Source: Flavobacteriales bacterium (GTDB lineage Bacteria > Bacteroidota > Bacteroidia > Flavobacteriales_F > PHOS-HE28). Taken from it: a DNA stretch of 64,000 nt. Position numbers and translations under genes: made by a program. Position 1 is the stretch's first letter, and every line of letters starts with the position of its first letter. The stretch lies in contig JACJZH010000010.1 of assembly GCA_020635695.1 (NCBI GenBank), positions 4,211 through 68,210 on the forward strand. Direction: 5' to 3'. Of the stretch, positions 19,627 through 27,953 are shown piece after piece. The notes under the pieces were generated by a model that did no database searches, was not told the DNA's origin, and saw nothing but the letters and a program-made list of their open reading frames with translations.

Positions 19627-22600
19627 CGCAGCAGGGTGATGTCTCCGTTCCGTTCCACTTCACGCCCGTCCACGAAGCGTACCCAGAGCTGGTACACGTA
19701 GGCGTCCTGCGGACTCGGCTGGCCCCGGTAATTGCCGTCCCAGCCCCTGCGCACATCCGTGGATTCGAAGATGAGCTCCCCCCAGCGGTTGTAGATCCGC
19801 ATCAGGAACTCGTCGACGTGTTCCACGAAGGGGTAGAATACATCATTGCCGAGGTCGGAAGGGTCGTAGAACCCTCCATTTCCTCCCTCTCCCGGGGTGA
19901 ATGCCGTGGGGATCACGATCTCGTAGACCGGGTCGATCTGGATGATGTGGACGATCGAGTCAGCGCACCCGTTCACGTCCGCCACCCACAGGGAGACCGG
20001 ATAGCTACCCGGAGCTGAGTACGTGTGCGACGGAGAGCCCTGGGCACTTGTATCTCCATCCCCGAAGGACCAGAGCCACTGCTGGACGGAACCGGTGGAG
20101 GTATTGGTCAGGTCCACGGTCGGGTCGTCCATGTTCGTTGACCAGGGTGAGGCCGTGAAATCGGCGACAGGACCGGGCAACGCGTTCACCAGGCCACCGC
20201 CTTGAGCGTTCGAGGTGCATCCGGCCGGGGTGGTCACCATCAGAGAGACCTGGTACTGACCGGCAGCATAGGTGTGGGTGGGCTGTTCGGCGCTGCTGGT
20301 GGATCCATCCCCCAGGTCCCAGAGGTAGGTCAACGGCCCGGTGGCCAGACCGCCGGGCATGGTCACCGTCAGCGGAGCACAGCCCTCGGCGATCAGGGGG
20401 GGAAGCGTGACCACCGGAGGTGTTTCCAGCGTGATGGTGATGGACCCGGAAAGCAGTTGTCCACAGGCATCATAAGCTTGAACGGGGACGGCCTGCGAGT
20501 TGGCCACGTTCACGACATGGGGGCCTGCGCCTGTAAGGCCGAGGGACGGCCACGTAAAGGTCAGGGCACCGGGGTACCCTGGAACGGCGGCAGTGAGCAC
20601 GGCGCTTCCGCCAGGACATACGGTGGTATCGCTGGAAGGGACCAGCTGATGGTCGTTGAGGTCCAGCACGAACACCGGATAGGTCAGGGTCGGCCCCGAA
20701 CAGCCGTTGGCGTCGGTCACCGACACGTTCACCTGCTGGTTCGCGGGGAACGAATAGGAAACGGGGCTGCCCATGCCGATCCCGGCCCAGTTGACGGTCA
20801 AGGGTGCGGTGCCACCGGATGCCGTGGCGGTCATCTGGACCATCGCGTTCACGCACACCGTGTCCGGTACGTTGGCGGACAGGACCAAGGGCGGTGGTGA
20901 GGTCAGTTGGGCGGTGGACTGCGTGGTACACCCGTTGGCGTCGGTGATCACCACATTATAGGTGCCCTGGCCGAGCCCGGTGGCGGTCGGTGTGCTCTGC
21001 CCACCGGCATTGCTGCTCCAGGCGTACGTGTAACCGGGAGTGCCTCCATTCACGGACACGGTCGCGCTGCCATTGGTAAGACCGCTGCAGGTCGGCTGGG
21101 TCACGGTCATGCTCGCGGCCACCAACGGAGGCGGAGCGCTGACCACCGCCGTGAGCGTGGTGTCGCAGCCCAACGCGTCGGTGACCGTCACCTGGTAGGT
21201 ACCAGCCGCAAGGCCGGAGATACCCGGGGTGGTCTGGACGGGACTCGTGCCCCAGGAATAGGAGAGTCCCGGCATGGCCGGCTGGTACAGCGCGGTCCCG
21301 TTGTTCTGTCCGCTGCAGGACGGCGTGGTCACCACGGTGGCGCCCTGGAAACTGTCCGAGAGGAACAGCCTGACGGTGTCCTGGTCCGGTGGGCAACCGA
21401 TGTTGCCCGTGGTGGTCAGGACCAGGTCCACCTGGCCGGCCGCGATCTGTGCCGGACCGGGCATGTACGAGACGTTGAGGCCGGAACCGGTGAACTGACC
21501 ACCTCCCGACCAGGTGCCTCCCGTGGCGTTCACCACGCTGCCGGTAAGGTTCACCGGCCACGATCCGTTGCAGATGACCTGATCGGCACCTGCCAAGGCC
21601 TCGTTGGGCTGGCTGGCCGACGCGATCGTCACGGAAGCCGAAACCGGAGCGCAGCCGTTGGCATCGGTAACGCTTACCGTATAGGTCCCCGCACCCACGG
21701 AAATGGAGTCGGTGGTGGCCCCATTGCTCCAGGTGTAGGCATAGGGCGCGGTACCTCCCGTCACCTGGACCACGGCACTGCCATTCCCCAGACCTGCACA
21801 GGTCTCGTCGGTCCCGGTCAGGCTGGCCATGCTCAACGAGGCCGGCTGGGCCACGGCCGCGCTCAGCGTGGTGTCGCATCCCAGGCTGTCGCTCACGGTC
21901 AACAGGTAGGTGCCTGCGGACAACCCGGTGGCCACGGGTCCGTTCTGTGGCGGACTGGTGCTCCAGACGTACGTGTTGCCTGGCAGGGCCGGGGAGAAGG
22001 TCAAGCTGCCCGAGGCGGACCCGAAGCACAAGGCGTTCGTGGCCGATACCTGGGCGTTCTGGAAACTGTTGCTGAGCGCGATGTGCACCAGATCGAACGC
22101 GTTCGGGCAGGCATTGCCCGAGGTGGCGGTCAGCATCAGGTCCAGGCCGCCCGCCAGGATCTCGCCCGGAGTGGGCGTGTACGTCGCGTTCACGCCGTTG
22201 CCGGTCAGTGTTCCAGCACCACCAGACCAGCTCGTCGTGGCGGCATTGCTCACGGCCCCGACCAGGGAGATCGGATAGTTCCCCGAACACGCCACCACAT
22301 CGGGACCAGCGTTCGCCGTGGGCGGGGCCGGCGCATTGATGATCGCCGTTCCTGGCGCGGACACGCAGCCATTGGCATCCGTCACGGTCACCGTGTAGGT
22401 CCCGGCACCGGCGCTCACCACGGGCGTGGTGGCGGCCAGGTTGCTCCAGCTGAACTGGTAGGGCGGCAGTCCGTCGTTCACCGTGACCGCCGCAGTGCCA
22501 TCGGAGTTCCCCAGACAGCTGGCATCCGTGGCCTGCACCTGGATGAACACCCCGTCCAGCACCTGCACCGTGTAGGCATAGGTCTGCAAGGCGGGGATCG

Positions 22601-23702
22601 GGCATGCGCCATCGTCCACGGTCACCACGAACGGATAGAACCCGCTGGTGGCATTGGTACCGTTCCAGCAGACCGAGCAGGTGATGGGGTTCGTGCCGCT
22701 GAAGGAGAACGTGGCCCCTGGCAGCACGCTGGACACGTTGGAAACAGCATCCAGGACGTTGCCGGGGTTGGCATCGCTGATCACCATGTCGAAGCAGAAG
22801 GAACCGCTTTCACAGACCTGGATCGCGTTCGACCCCAGCACCGTGGCCGTGCCGCTCGGGTTGGTGATCGTACCGGTGGAGGCATCGGGAGGCACGTTGC
22901 TGCACGGATAGGCCACGAACTGCATGTCGCGCATCACCGTGCCGATCAGGTTGCCCAGGGTATCGTACTCGTTCACCTGCACCACCACCACCCAGTTGCC
23001 CGGTTGGGTGGGGGTGAAGCTCAACAGGCCGGTCTGCGGGTCCAGCGAGGTGGCCCCGATGGGCTGCGTGGCACTGTAAGGGTTCACGTAGGCCAGCTGG
23101 GACCCTCCCTGTCCCATCGCATTGATCAGGGTATAGGTCAGGGAATCGCCCTCCGCATCGAAGGCCCCCAGGCTGTAGGTGACCGGATAGTTCAGGCAGA
23201 CGTAGGGGGTGGCCGTGGCCGTGAACTGCGGGGAGTCATCGCAGGCGTCCACCGTGTTGTCCAGGGTCGCCTGGATGAACATCTGCTGATTGTTCGGGTT
23301 CATCAGGTTGGCCACGGCACCGTTGCGGTTGCTCAGGGACCAACTGATCGTCCAGCTCGAGCACGGGGGAAGGGTGACCACCGTACTGTAGGTGTACTGC
23401 TGAATGCCTGGCAGCGTGCCACCGTTGCAGGTGCTGTTCGGCAACTGCAGGTCGCACAATTGCGACAGTTCCACTCCGGACGGCGTGTTCACCTGCACCT
23501 GGAACGTATCACAGGGGCTCTGGAGGTCCACATCGAACGAAGGGTCCAGCTGCACCCCTGCGCAATCCCTGTAGATGATCAGGGTGATGGCGTACTGGTC
23601 GTTCCCGAGGCATTCATAATAGATCTCACCGCCACTGAGATGGGTGGCGCTCAGTGGCAGAAGGACCAGCGTCAGGATGAATGCGAGTAGCGTCCTGATC
23701 AT
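19623..23702 (-). CDS. SprB-like giant cell-surface adhesin with T9SS type-B (gliding motility-associated) C-terminal domain
   Basis: 1359 aa. The N-terminal module is HLSGGEIYYECLG...YRDC. SprB-type repeats (C.G..NG.A.V.V.GG..PY.Y.WS ... GTY.V.VTD.NGC) and two PKD-like modules (WDLGDGS, WSFGDGD) follow. The C-terminus is IPTAFTPGEGGNG...IYNRWGELIFE...WDGNYRG...YVYQL. Confidence 0.93.
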   Translation of the reverse strand: MIRTLLAFILTLVLLPLSATHLSGGEIYYECLGNDQYAITLIIYRDCAGVQLDPSFDVDLQSPCDTFQVQVNTPSGVELSQLCDLQLPNSTCNGGTLPGIQQYTYSTVVTLPPCSSWTISWSLSNRNGAVANLMNPNNQQMFIQATLDNTVDACDDSPQFTATATPYVCLNYPVTYSLGAFDAEGDSLTYTLINAMGQGGSQLAYVNPYSATQPIGATSLDPQTGLLSFTPTQPGNWVVVVQVNEYDTLGNLIGTVMRDMQFVAYPCSNVPPDASTGTITNPSGTATVLGSNAIQVCESGSFCFDMVISDANPGNVLDAVSNVSSVLPGATFSFSGTNPITCSVCWNGTNATSGFYPFVVTVDDGACPIPALQTYAYTVQVLDGVFIQVQATDASCLGNSDGTAAVTVNDGLPPYQFSWSNLAATTPVVSAGAGTYTVTVTDANGCVSAPGTAIINAPAPPTANAGPDVVACSGNYPISLVGAVSNAATTSWSGGAGTLTGNGVNATYTPTPGEILAGGLDLMLTATSGNACPNAFDLVHIALSNSFQNAQVSATNALCFGSASGSLTFSPALPGNTYVWSTSPPQNGPVATGLSAGTYLLTVSDSLGCDTTLSAAVAQPASLSMASLTGTDETCAGLGNGSAVVQVTGGTAPYAYTWSNGATTDSISVGAGTYTVSVTDANGCAPVSASVTIASASQPNEALAGADQVICNGSWPVNLTGSVVNATGGTWSGGGQFTGSGLNVSYMPGPAQIAAGQVDLVLTTTGNIGCPPDQDTVRLFLSDSFQGATVVTTPSCSGQNNGTALYQPAMPGLSYSWGTSPVQTTPGISGLAAGTYQVTVTDALGCDTTLTAVVSAPPPLVAASMTVTQPTCSGLTNGSATVSVNGGTPGYTYAWSSNAGGQSTPTATGLGQGTYNVVITDANGCTTQSTAQLTSPPPLVLSANVPDTVCVNAMVQMTATASGGTAPLTVNWAGIGMGSPVSYSFPANQQVNVSVTDANGCSGPTLTYPVFVLDLNDHQLVPSSDTTVCPGGSAVLTAAVPGYPGALTFTWPSLGLTGAGPHVVNVANSQAVPVQAYDACGQLLSGSITITLETPPVVTLPPLIAEGCAPLTVTMPGGLATGPLTYLWDLGDGSTSSAEQPTHTYAAGQYQVSLMVTTPAGCTSNAQGGGLVNALPGPVADFTASPWSTNMDDPTVDLTNTSTGSVQQWLWSFGDGDTSAQGSPSHTYSAPGSYPVSLWVADVNGCADSIVHIIQIDPVYEIVIPTAFTPGEGGNGGFYDPSDLGNDVFYPFVEHVDEFLMRIYNRWGELIFESTDVRRGWDGNYRGQPSPQDAYVYQLWVRFVDGREVERNGDITLLR
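21099..22532 (-). repeat. tandem duplication of a ~239-aa super-repeat inside the adhesin gene
   Basis: Residues 391-629 and 630-868 align end to end (SprB repeat, then an AGxDxVxC..WSGG module, then a second SprB-like repeat ending GCDTTL). Synonymous sites have diverged. A further single SprB repeat follows, down to about 20886. Confidence 0.8.
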
Positions 23703-23859
23703 GTGCGAACGGGGTGTCCTTGCAGGTGGGACAGACCCTTCTACCCTGAAGAAGGCCCCGGAGTTACGTGGACTCGACGGACAGCCTCGGTCCGGATGCG
23801 ACGCCCCGTCGCGATTCGTCGGAAGGGCCCAATTGGACGACGAGCCCCTTGCCGGGTCC

Positions 23860-23867
23860 TACTTTTG
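23860..23867 (+). promoter_or_regulatory. Bacteroidota -7 promoter box upstream of ffh
   Basis: TACTTTTG is an exact TAnnTTTG match, 30 nt before ATG 23897. Confidence 0.45.
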
Positions 23868-23896
23868 CAGGCCAACAGCAGAAAGCGCAACGAACC

Positions 23897-25237
23897 ATGT
23901 TCGAGAATCTCAGTGACAAGCTGGAACGGGCCTTCAAGGTCCTCAAGGGCCAGGGACAGATCTCAGAGGTCAACGTGGCCGAGACCATGAAGGAGATCCG
24001 GCGCGCGCTGCTGGACGCCGACGTCAACTTCAAGACGGCCAAGACCTTCACGGAGACCGTGAAGGAGAAGGCCTTGGGCCAGAACGTGATCAATGCGGTG
24101 AGCCCCCAGCAGCTGCTGGTGAAGATCACCCACGACGAACTCGCGACTCTGATGGGCGGCCGCAACGAGGGGATCGACCTCTCCGGCAACCCGCCCGTGA
24201 TCCTGATGAGCGGTCTGCAAGGTTCTGGCAAGACCACCTTCAGCGGAAAGCTGGCCAACTACCTGAAGAAGAAGGGCCGCAAACCCCTGCTGGTGGCGGG
24301 CGACGTGTACCGCCCCGCGGCCATCGACCAGCTGCACGTGCTCGGCGAGCAGTTGAAGGTCGATGTGTACAGCGACAAGGAGAACAAGGACCCAGTGGCC
24401 ATCGCGCAGGCCGGCATCGCCCATGCCCGTTCGCACGGACACACGGCTGTCATCATCGACACCGCCGGACGCCTGGCCATCGACGAGCAGATGATGGACG
24501 AGATCGCCCGCATCAAGCAGGCGGTGAAGCCCCAGGAAACGCTGTTCGTGGTCGACGCCATGACCGGCCAGGACGCGGTGAACACCGCCAAGGCCTTCAA
24601 CGACCGGCTCGACATCGACGGGGTGGTGCTCACCAAGCTGGACGGTGATGCCCGGGGCGGGGCCGCGCTCAGCATCCGCAGCGTGGTGGACAAGCCGATC
24701 AAGTTCATCGGCACGGGGGAGAAGCTGGAGGCGCTGGACGAGTTCCACCCGGACCGCATGGCCGGCCGCATTCTGGGCATGGGCGACGTGGTGAGCCTCG
24801 TGGAACGCGCCCAGGAGCAGTTCGACGAGGAGCAGGCCCGGAAACTGCAGAAGAAGATCGCCAAGGACCAGTTCGGCTTCGACGACTTCCTGGAGCAGGT
24901 GCAGCAGATCAAGAAGATGGGGAACATGAAGGACCTGCTGGGCATGGTGCCCGGCATGGGCAAGGCCATCAAGGGCCTGGACATCCCCGATGATGCCTTC
25001 AAGGGCATCGAGGCCATGATCAGCAGCATGACCCCGGAGGAGCGGCGCGACCCGGAGTTGATCAACGGCAGCCGCCGGCAGCGCATCGCCTCCGGCAGCG
25101 GCACCACCGTGACGGAGGTGAACAAGCTGCTGAAGCAGTTCGGCGAGACCCGGAAGATGATGAAGCTGATGGGCGACAAGAAGAAGATGGCCAACATGAT
25201 GCGGCAGATGCAGGCCATGCAGGGGATGAAGCGCTGA
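23897..25237 (+). CDS. ffh: signal recognition particle protein Ffh
   Basis: Start reset to ATG 23897 ([18 protein letters not shown]). GTPase motifs [14 protein letters not shown] and TKLD are present, with a Met-rich M domain and tail. Confidence 0.97.
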   Translation: MFENLSDKLERAFKVLKGQGQISEVNVAETMKEIRRALLDADVNFKTAKTFTETVKEKALGQNVINAVSPQQLLVKITHDELATLMGGRNEGIDLSGNPPVILMSGLQGSGKTTFSGKLANYLKKKGRKPLLVAGDVYRPAAIDQLHVLGEQLKVDVYSDKENKDPVAIAQAGIAHARSHGHTAVIIDTAGRLAIDEQMMDEIARIKQAVKPQETLFVVDAMTGQDAVNTAKAFNDRLDIDGVVLTKLDGDARGGAALSIRSVVDKPIKFIGTGEKLEALDEFHPDRMAGRILGMGDVVSLVERAQEQFDEEQARKLQKKIAKDQFGFDDFLEQVQQIKKMGNMKDLLGMVPGMGKAIKGLDIPDDAFKGIEAMISSMTPEERRDPELINGSRRQRIASGSGTTVTEVNKLLKQFGETRKMMKLMGDKKKMANMMRQMQAMQGMKR

Positions 25238-25391
25238 CCTCGGCGCATCGGGAACAAGCTGTCGGGCATCACGCGTCAACCCGACACCCTGGACTTGAGG
25301 AAGCCGAAGACCGGACAGGGCGTGGAGGGGTGCGACTGAATGCTTGAACCGCCCCTCTGAGCGAGGGTGGTCATTTTACGTATGAATGGTA

Positions 25392-25399
25392 TATCTTTG
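25392..25399 (+). promoter_or_regulatory. Bacteroidota -7 promoter box upstream of the antitoxin gene
   Basis: TATCTTTG is an exact TAnnTTTG match, 23 nt before ATG 25422, in an AT-richer stretch. Confidence 0.45.
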
Positions 25400-25421
25400 T
25401 CGTATAAAGATCGGCATCCCC

Positions 25422-25685
25422 ATGGATACCAAGGTCACCCTCAGTTTCGATCAGGCCGTCATTGCCAAGGCCAAGGCCTATGCCGAGGCCAATAACATCA
25501 GCCTCTCGCGGCTCGTCGAGTTCATGCTCAGCAAGGTCATCGATCAAGGCTACCGCAGCCTCGATGAGCTTCCGGTCAGCGATTGGGTGCATCAGGTGGC
25601 GGAAGGGGAGGCCACCTACGTGCGCAAGAATGCCGCCCAGCGGAACCTGAAGAAGGACTACCTGGACAGCCGCAGGAAGAGATGA
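25422..25685 (+). CDS. ribbon-helix-helix-type antitoxin (DUF6364-like)
   Basis: 87 aa from ATG 25422; the track start 25386 would overlap the -7 box. MDTKVTLSFDQAVIAKAKAYAEANNISLSRLVEFML fits a strand-helix-helix pattern. It lies upstream of a PIN gene. Confidence 0.75.
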   Translation: MDTKVTLSFDQAVIAKAKAYAEANNISLSRLVEFMLSKVIDQGYRSLDELPVSDWVHQVAEGEATYVRKNAAQRNLKKDYLDSRRKR

Positions 25686-25695
25686 GAGCTCATTT

Positions 25696-25775
25696 CTCAC
25701 GCAGAGGCGCAGAGAACGCAGAGCGGAGGAGCCTCGATCTCGTATTTCTCCGCGCCCTCTGCGCCTCTGCGTGAG
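25696..25775. repeat. REP/MITE-like palindromic element between antitoxin and toxin genes
   Basis: Perfect 19-bp inverted repeat CTCACGCAGAGGCGCAGAG (25696-25714) / CTCTGCGCCTCTGCGTGAG (25757-25775) with a 42-nt loop. The 8-nt direct repeat CATTTCTC flanks it at 25691-25698 and 25779-25786. Confidence 0.75.
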
Positions 25776-25787
25776 GCCCATTTCTCC

Positions 25788-26219
25788 ATGCTACCCAAGC
25801 GCCTCTTCGTCGACGCCAACATCCTCGTAACAGTGCTGTGCCATGAGTACCCGCGCTTCGGTGCCTGTGCCCGGGTGCTGAGCCTGGCGGACGACCCCCG
25901 GTTCGAAGTGTGGACCTCGCCCCTGGCCCTGGCCATCGGCGCCTATTTCTCCGGCAAGAAGAGCGGCCGAAAAAAGGCCCGGGAGAAGGTCGCTTTGTTG
26001 GCCACGAAGCTGCACATCACCAACATGGACCAGGAGGCCGTGCGCAAGGCGCTGGCGGACGCCAAGGCGACCGACCTGGAGGATGGCATGCAGTACTATG
26101 CCGCGCTCCACGCGCGCTGCGTGCACATCATCACGTACGACCGCAAGGACTTCGGTTTCTCCAAGCTTCCCGTGCAGGCTCCCGAGGATTTTCTTTTGGA
26201 GCACGTACTGACTGGTTAG
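25788..26219 (+). CDS. PIN-domain ribonuclease toxin (VapC-like)
   Basis: 143 aa. Acidic residues sit at the expected PIN positions (LFVDANIL, DLEDGMQY, ITYDRKDF). It pairs with the upstream RHH gene. Confidence 0.85.
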   Translation: MLPKRLFVDANILVTVLCHEYPRFGACARVLSLADDPRFEVWTSPLALAIGAYFSGKKSGRKKAREKVALLATKLHITNMDQEAVRKALADAKATDLEDGMQYYAALHARCVHIITYDRKDFGFSKLPVQAPEDFLLEHVLTG

Positions 26220-26256
26220 TTACATCCCAACGCCAGCCATCGATATCTTCCGTGCC

Positions 26257-26994
26257 ATGGGATCTGGACAGCCTCCCGTCGCAACAAGGACCTGCACCAA
26301 CTGCGGGGCTTCCGGGGCGAAGGCCTATTGCCCGGATTGCGGACAGCACGTGGTGGACGGCCGGATCACCGCTGGCTCCATCCTTTCCGAGTTCTTCTCC
26401 TGGGTCTTCAACGTGGACCGGGGGCTCTGGCTCACCCTGCGCGATCTGTTGGTCCGGCCGGCACGGGTGGTTGGGGAGTATTGGGCGGGACGCCGGGGCA
26501 TCTACCTGGGGCCGGTCCGGTTCCTTTTGGTAGTGGTGTTACTGGTCTCGCTGCACGAACTCCTGTTCCCGGACGAGTTCCTCGGCGTACTGCACACCAC
26601 GGATGGGGAGGTGAAGCTCATGGTCCAATTCCTGTTCGGGTTGCTCATGCCCCTGGCCGCCCTGGTCCTGCTCCTCCGGTATGGTTGGCGGAAGCGGACC
26701 TATTGGGAGCACCTGGTGGCCACGATCTACCTCATGGGGTTGCTCCTCATCGTCTCCATGCTGATCATCGATCCGCTGGCCCTGTTGCTCGATCTGGAGG
26801 ATGGCGCACCACCCTGGGTGTTCACCGGGTTCCTGGGTGCGCATTTCGTCCTGTATCCACCGCTCTATGGCCGGGCTGGTTGGCGGCAGCGGCTGTTGGA
26901 CGGCCTCGTCCTCACCGTCATCTTCATGGCGCTCTCGCTGGGATGTCTGCTCCTGCTGGCCACCTTTTCGCCGGACCTGGAGGTGGCGATGTGA
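26257..26994 (+). CDS. DUF3667-like membrane protein with N-terminal zinc ribbon
   Basis: 245 aa. CTNCG...YCPDCGQ is followed by several TM helices. Confidence 0.8.
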   Translation: MGSGQPPVATRTCTNCGASGAKAYCPDCGQHVVDGRITAGSILSEFFSWVFNVDRGLWLTLRDLLVRPARVVGEYWAGRRGIYLGPVRFLLVVVLLVSLHELLFPDEFLGVLHTTDGEVKLMVQFLFGLLMPLAALVLLLRYGWRKRTYWEHLVATIYLMGLLLIVSMLIIDPLALLLDLEDGAPPWVFTGFLGAHFVLYPPLYGRAGWRQRLLDGLVLTVIFMALSLGCLLLLATFSPDLEVAM

Positions 26995-27032
26995 AGGAGG
27001 TCGTCCAGCGGGCTGCTCCGTACCTTACCGGC

Positions 27033-27923
27033 ATGTCGAGTGAGGTCACCACCTACCAATTGCTGGACGGAAAGGCCGCGTCGAAGGCCATCCGTGACCG
27101 GATCGCCACCGAGGCCGCGGAAGTGACCGCCCACCGTGGCCGCCCGCCCCACCTGGCCGCCGTGCTCGTGGGCGATGACGGGGCCAGCCGCACCTACGTG
27201 AACAGCAAGGTGAAGGCCTGCGCCGCCGTGGGCTTTCGCAGCACGCTCATCGAGGAGTCAGCCGACCTCACCGAGGAGGAACTGCTGGGCATGATCGACC
27301 GGATGAACCGGGACCCGGAACTGGACGGCTTCATCGTGCAACTGCCCTTGCCGAAGCACATCGACGAGGAGAAGGTCACCCTGGCGATCGATCCGCGGAA
27401 GGACGTGGACGGATTCCACCCCGAGAACATCGGTCGCATGGTGCTGGGGCTGCCCGGCTACCTGCCCGCCACGCCTGCCGGCATCGTGGAACTCTTGCGC
27501 CATTATGGAGTGGAGACCTCGGGGAAGCACTGCGTGGTGGTGGGCCGCAGCCACATCGTGGGCACGCCCATGAGCATCCTCATGAGCCGGAACAGCGAAC
27601 CGGGCAATTGCACGGTCACCATCACGCACAGCCGCACCCGGGACCTGTCCTCGATCGTGCGTCAGGCGGACATCCTGATCCCCGCGATCGGCAAACCGGA
27701 GTTCATCACGGCCGACATGGTGAAGGATGGGGCCGTGGTCGTGGACGTGGGGATCCACCGCATGCCTGATGCGTCACGGAAAAGCGGTTTCCGCCTGGTG
27801 GGCGATGTGAAGTTCGACGAGGTGGCACCCAAGTGCAGCTGGATCAGCCCCGTGCCCGGTGGGGTGGGACCGATGACGATCACCAGCCTGCTGCTCAATA
27901 CGCTGAAGGCGGCGAAAGGGTGA
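27033..27923 (+). CDS. folD: bifunctional methylenetetrahydrofolate dehydrogenase/cyclohydrolase FolD
   Basis: Start reset to ATG 27033 inside track ORF 26328..27923. [40 protein letters not shown] and [10 protein letters not shown] are present. Confidence 0.96.
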   Translation: MSSEVTTYQLLDGKAASKAIRDRIATEAAEVTAHRGRPPHLAAVLVGDDGASRTYVNSKVKACAAVGFRSTLIEESADLTEEELLGMIDRMNRDPELDGFIVQLPLPKHIDEEKVTLAIDPRKDVDGFHPENIGRMVLGLPGYLPATPAGIVELLRHYGVETSGKHCVVVGRSHIVGTPMSILMSRNSEPGNCTVTITHSRTRDLSSIVRQADILIPAIGKPEFITADMVKDGAVVVDVGIHRMPDASRKSGFRLVGDVKFDEVAPKCSWISPVPGGVGPMTITSLLLNTLKAAKG

Positions 27924-27930
27924 TCGGTCC

Positions 27931-27944
27931 GGCGTCCGGACGCC
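27931..27944. terminator. palindromic hairpin between convergent folD and acs
   Basis: Perfect 14-bp palindrome GGCGTCCGGACGCC, flanked by GTGAT (27920-27924) / ATCAC (27945-27949). There is no U-tract. Confidence 0.35.
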
Positions 27945-27953
27945 ATCACGTCC

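Noticed and set aside
25325-25357. A hairpin (GAGGGGTG ... CGCCCCTC, 17-nt loop) as the ffh terminator.
   Set aside because: It is 88 nt past the stop, has a large loop and a G-U pair, and has no U-tract. The support is too weak to report as a feature.
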